From Haliotis rubra (Eukaryota): a DNA stretch of 64,000 nucleotides. Position numbers and translations under genes: made by a program. Location: positions 558,001-622,000 of the forward strand of contig NW_025767162.1 of NCBI RefSeq assembly GCF_003918875.1, given 5' to 3'. Within the stretch, counting starts at the first letter, position 1. Each line of letters opens with the position of its first letter. The notes below the pieces were generated by a model that worked only from the letters and a program-made list of their open reading frames with translations, ran no database searches and was not told where the DNA came from. Shown piece by piece: positions 62,531 to 64,000 of this stretch.

Positions 62531-62538
62531 CATATTTT

Positions 62539-63010
62539 AACAAGAAGACAAAGTCATCAATATCCCCCCGCAATGGGAAAATACTCTTCATGATAATGTT
62601 TAGGAGTTATGATTATGTCAAATATGTAGGTGTGTATATAGAAAAGTGGAAGGAGAGTATTGAAAGGTTTTTAAAGTTCTGCTCCAGAAAGGAGCACTAG
62701 CACCAATTTCAGTCAAACTTGTTGCCATGGAAATGCTAAAAAATATTTATTCAGAAATCCCAAACTACCAAAAGGCACCAGTACACCACCAGATCTATGT
62801 ATGTGCCAAGTTTGGTGAAGAAACATTGAACGGTTTTAGAGTTCTGCTCCGGAAAAGAGCAATACCACTAATTTCAGTGTAAGTCAAACTAGTTGCCATG
62901 GAAACGCCAAAAATATTTTATTCAGAATTCCAAAACTACCAAAAGGCACCAGTACACGAACCAGATCTATCCATGTGCCAAGTTTGGAGTTCTGCTCCGG
63001 AAAAGACAAA
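62539..63010. repeat. Interspersed element with ~170-bp internal duplication (probable HINE-like fragment)
   Basis: gttgccatggaaa...ccaaactaccaaaaggcaccagtacac...gtgccaagtttgg occurs at ~62721 and ~62892. Confidence 0.45.
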
Positions 63011-64000
63011 TGTACACATCCATCCTCAGATGGTCGCATGAGATGACATTTCGAATCATCCAAACATTCCGAGACCTCTACATTTTCTACATGTGATGAG
63101 TATTCAGACCAGAATGTCCTATACTTGAAGCTTAAAACGAACTTAAAACGATCAGTACAGAATGTAAATCATTAAGGATTGGTTTTGGTTTGTTGTTTTA
63201 ACGCAGCACTTTGAAATTAAGGAAGTAATTAAAGAACCCAGATAAGAGAAGCCACCGAAGGAATATTTGACTGTTACAGGCGAGAGAACAAACTGATACA
63301 TTAAACACCAGAGATCTGAAAGCAACAGTTACCTTTGGGATATTGTTCCAAATGTCAGCCAAAGATTGCACCAGTCGAGCTAGCGAAAGATGCTGGTTGT
63401 TGTCTTGTAGACGTTTCTCATTTCATTCCAACCATTTTCTGTAGGGATGATGCCCGGAGAAACAATCGGTCATGGCTACACGGCATTAGTATACCGGTAG
63501 TATATACAGACATAGCGACGTAAAGGGGGCACTAATCTGCCGCAATGTGACGCTAGGTCAGCTTAAGACAAAGGGAATTTCGAACGATGTTGAAGTGTAT
63601 GCCATTCAAAAATGTTGAGCCGTATTCTCCCATGAGTTGTCAGTTAACCATTACACCTCCATCTCCATGATAACGCCATTGACAAACGCCCGCGTTCTCC
63701 TGGACCCCGTTTGACGCTTACATGGCCATCAGATATTTCCAGATGAAATCTACACAGTAAAACTGTCCAAAACTTTCTCTTCTGTTTTGTTTGACCTCTT
63801 TAATTGGCATTCTAGAAGTTGGGTACATGAAGAATGAGGACTATTTGTATGGATATACAACTTCTTTATTCTGTTTAGGCGACGTTTCGACATAGATTCT
63901 AATGTTGTCAAGCAAGTGGTCCACTAAATAATCCAAGTTAGCGAGCCTTACCGCTCGATCCAGATAGTCGCTTCTTACGACAGGCAGACTCGTTGTATTC

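Overview
AT-rich, repeat-dense animal genomic DNA with spliceosomal introns, tRNA-derived SINEs, non-LTR retrotransposons, Tc1/ISL2EU/Helentron-type DNA elements and one 243-N gap. The repeat landscape suggests a marine invertebrate, probably a gastropod such as an abalone; this is inference, not verified. The dominant feature is a tandem/inverted array of seven copies of a secreted glycoside hydrolase family 26 (GH26) beta-1,4-mannanase-like gene. Three copies are intact, two carry a single 1-bp frameshift, one has a scrambled N-terminal exon, and one is an internally deleted relic; there is also an orphan first exon. GH26 is mainly a bacterial/fungal family and the characterised mollusc mannanases are GH5, so this looks like a horizontally acquired, domesticated and expanding digestive-enzyme cluster. 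Manual splice-site reading gives a conserved three-exon structure that the ORF track misses: an 8-11 nt ATG micro-exon, a signal-peptide exon and a ~950-nt catalytic exon. The array shows inverted segmental duplication and a probable gene-conversion tract. Also present are an intronless secreted coiled-coil/beta-propeller-like gene with a duplicated 5' end, and a full-length but decayed RNase H-bearing I/Nimb-type LINE. Its 3' tail is shared by three short retroposon families, one of which also shares the LINE's structured 5' end. All coordinates were read by eye; no searches were run.
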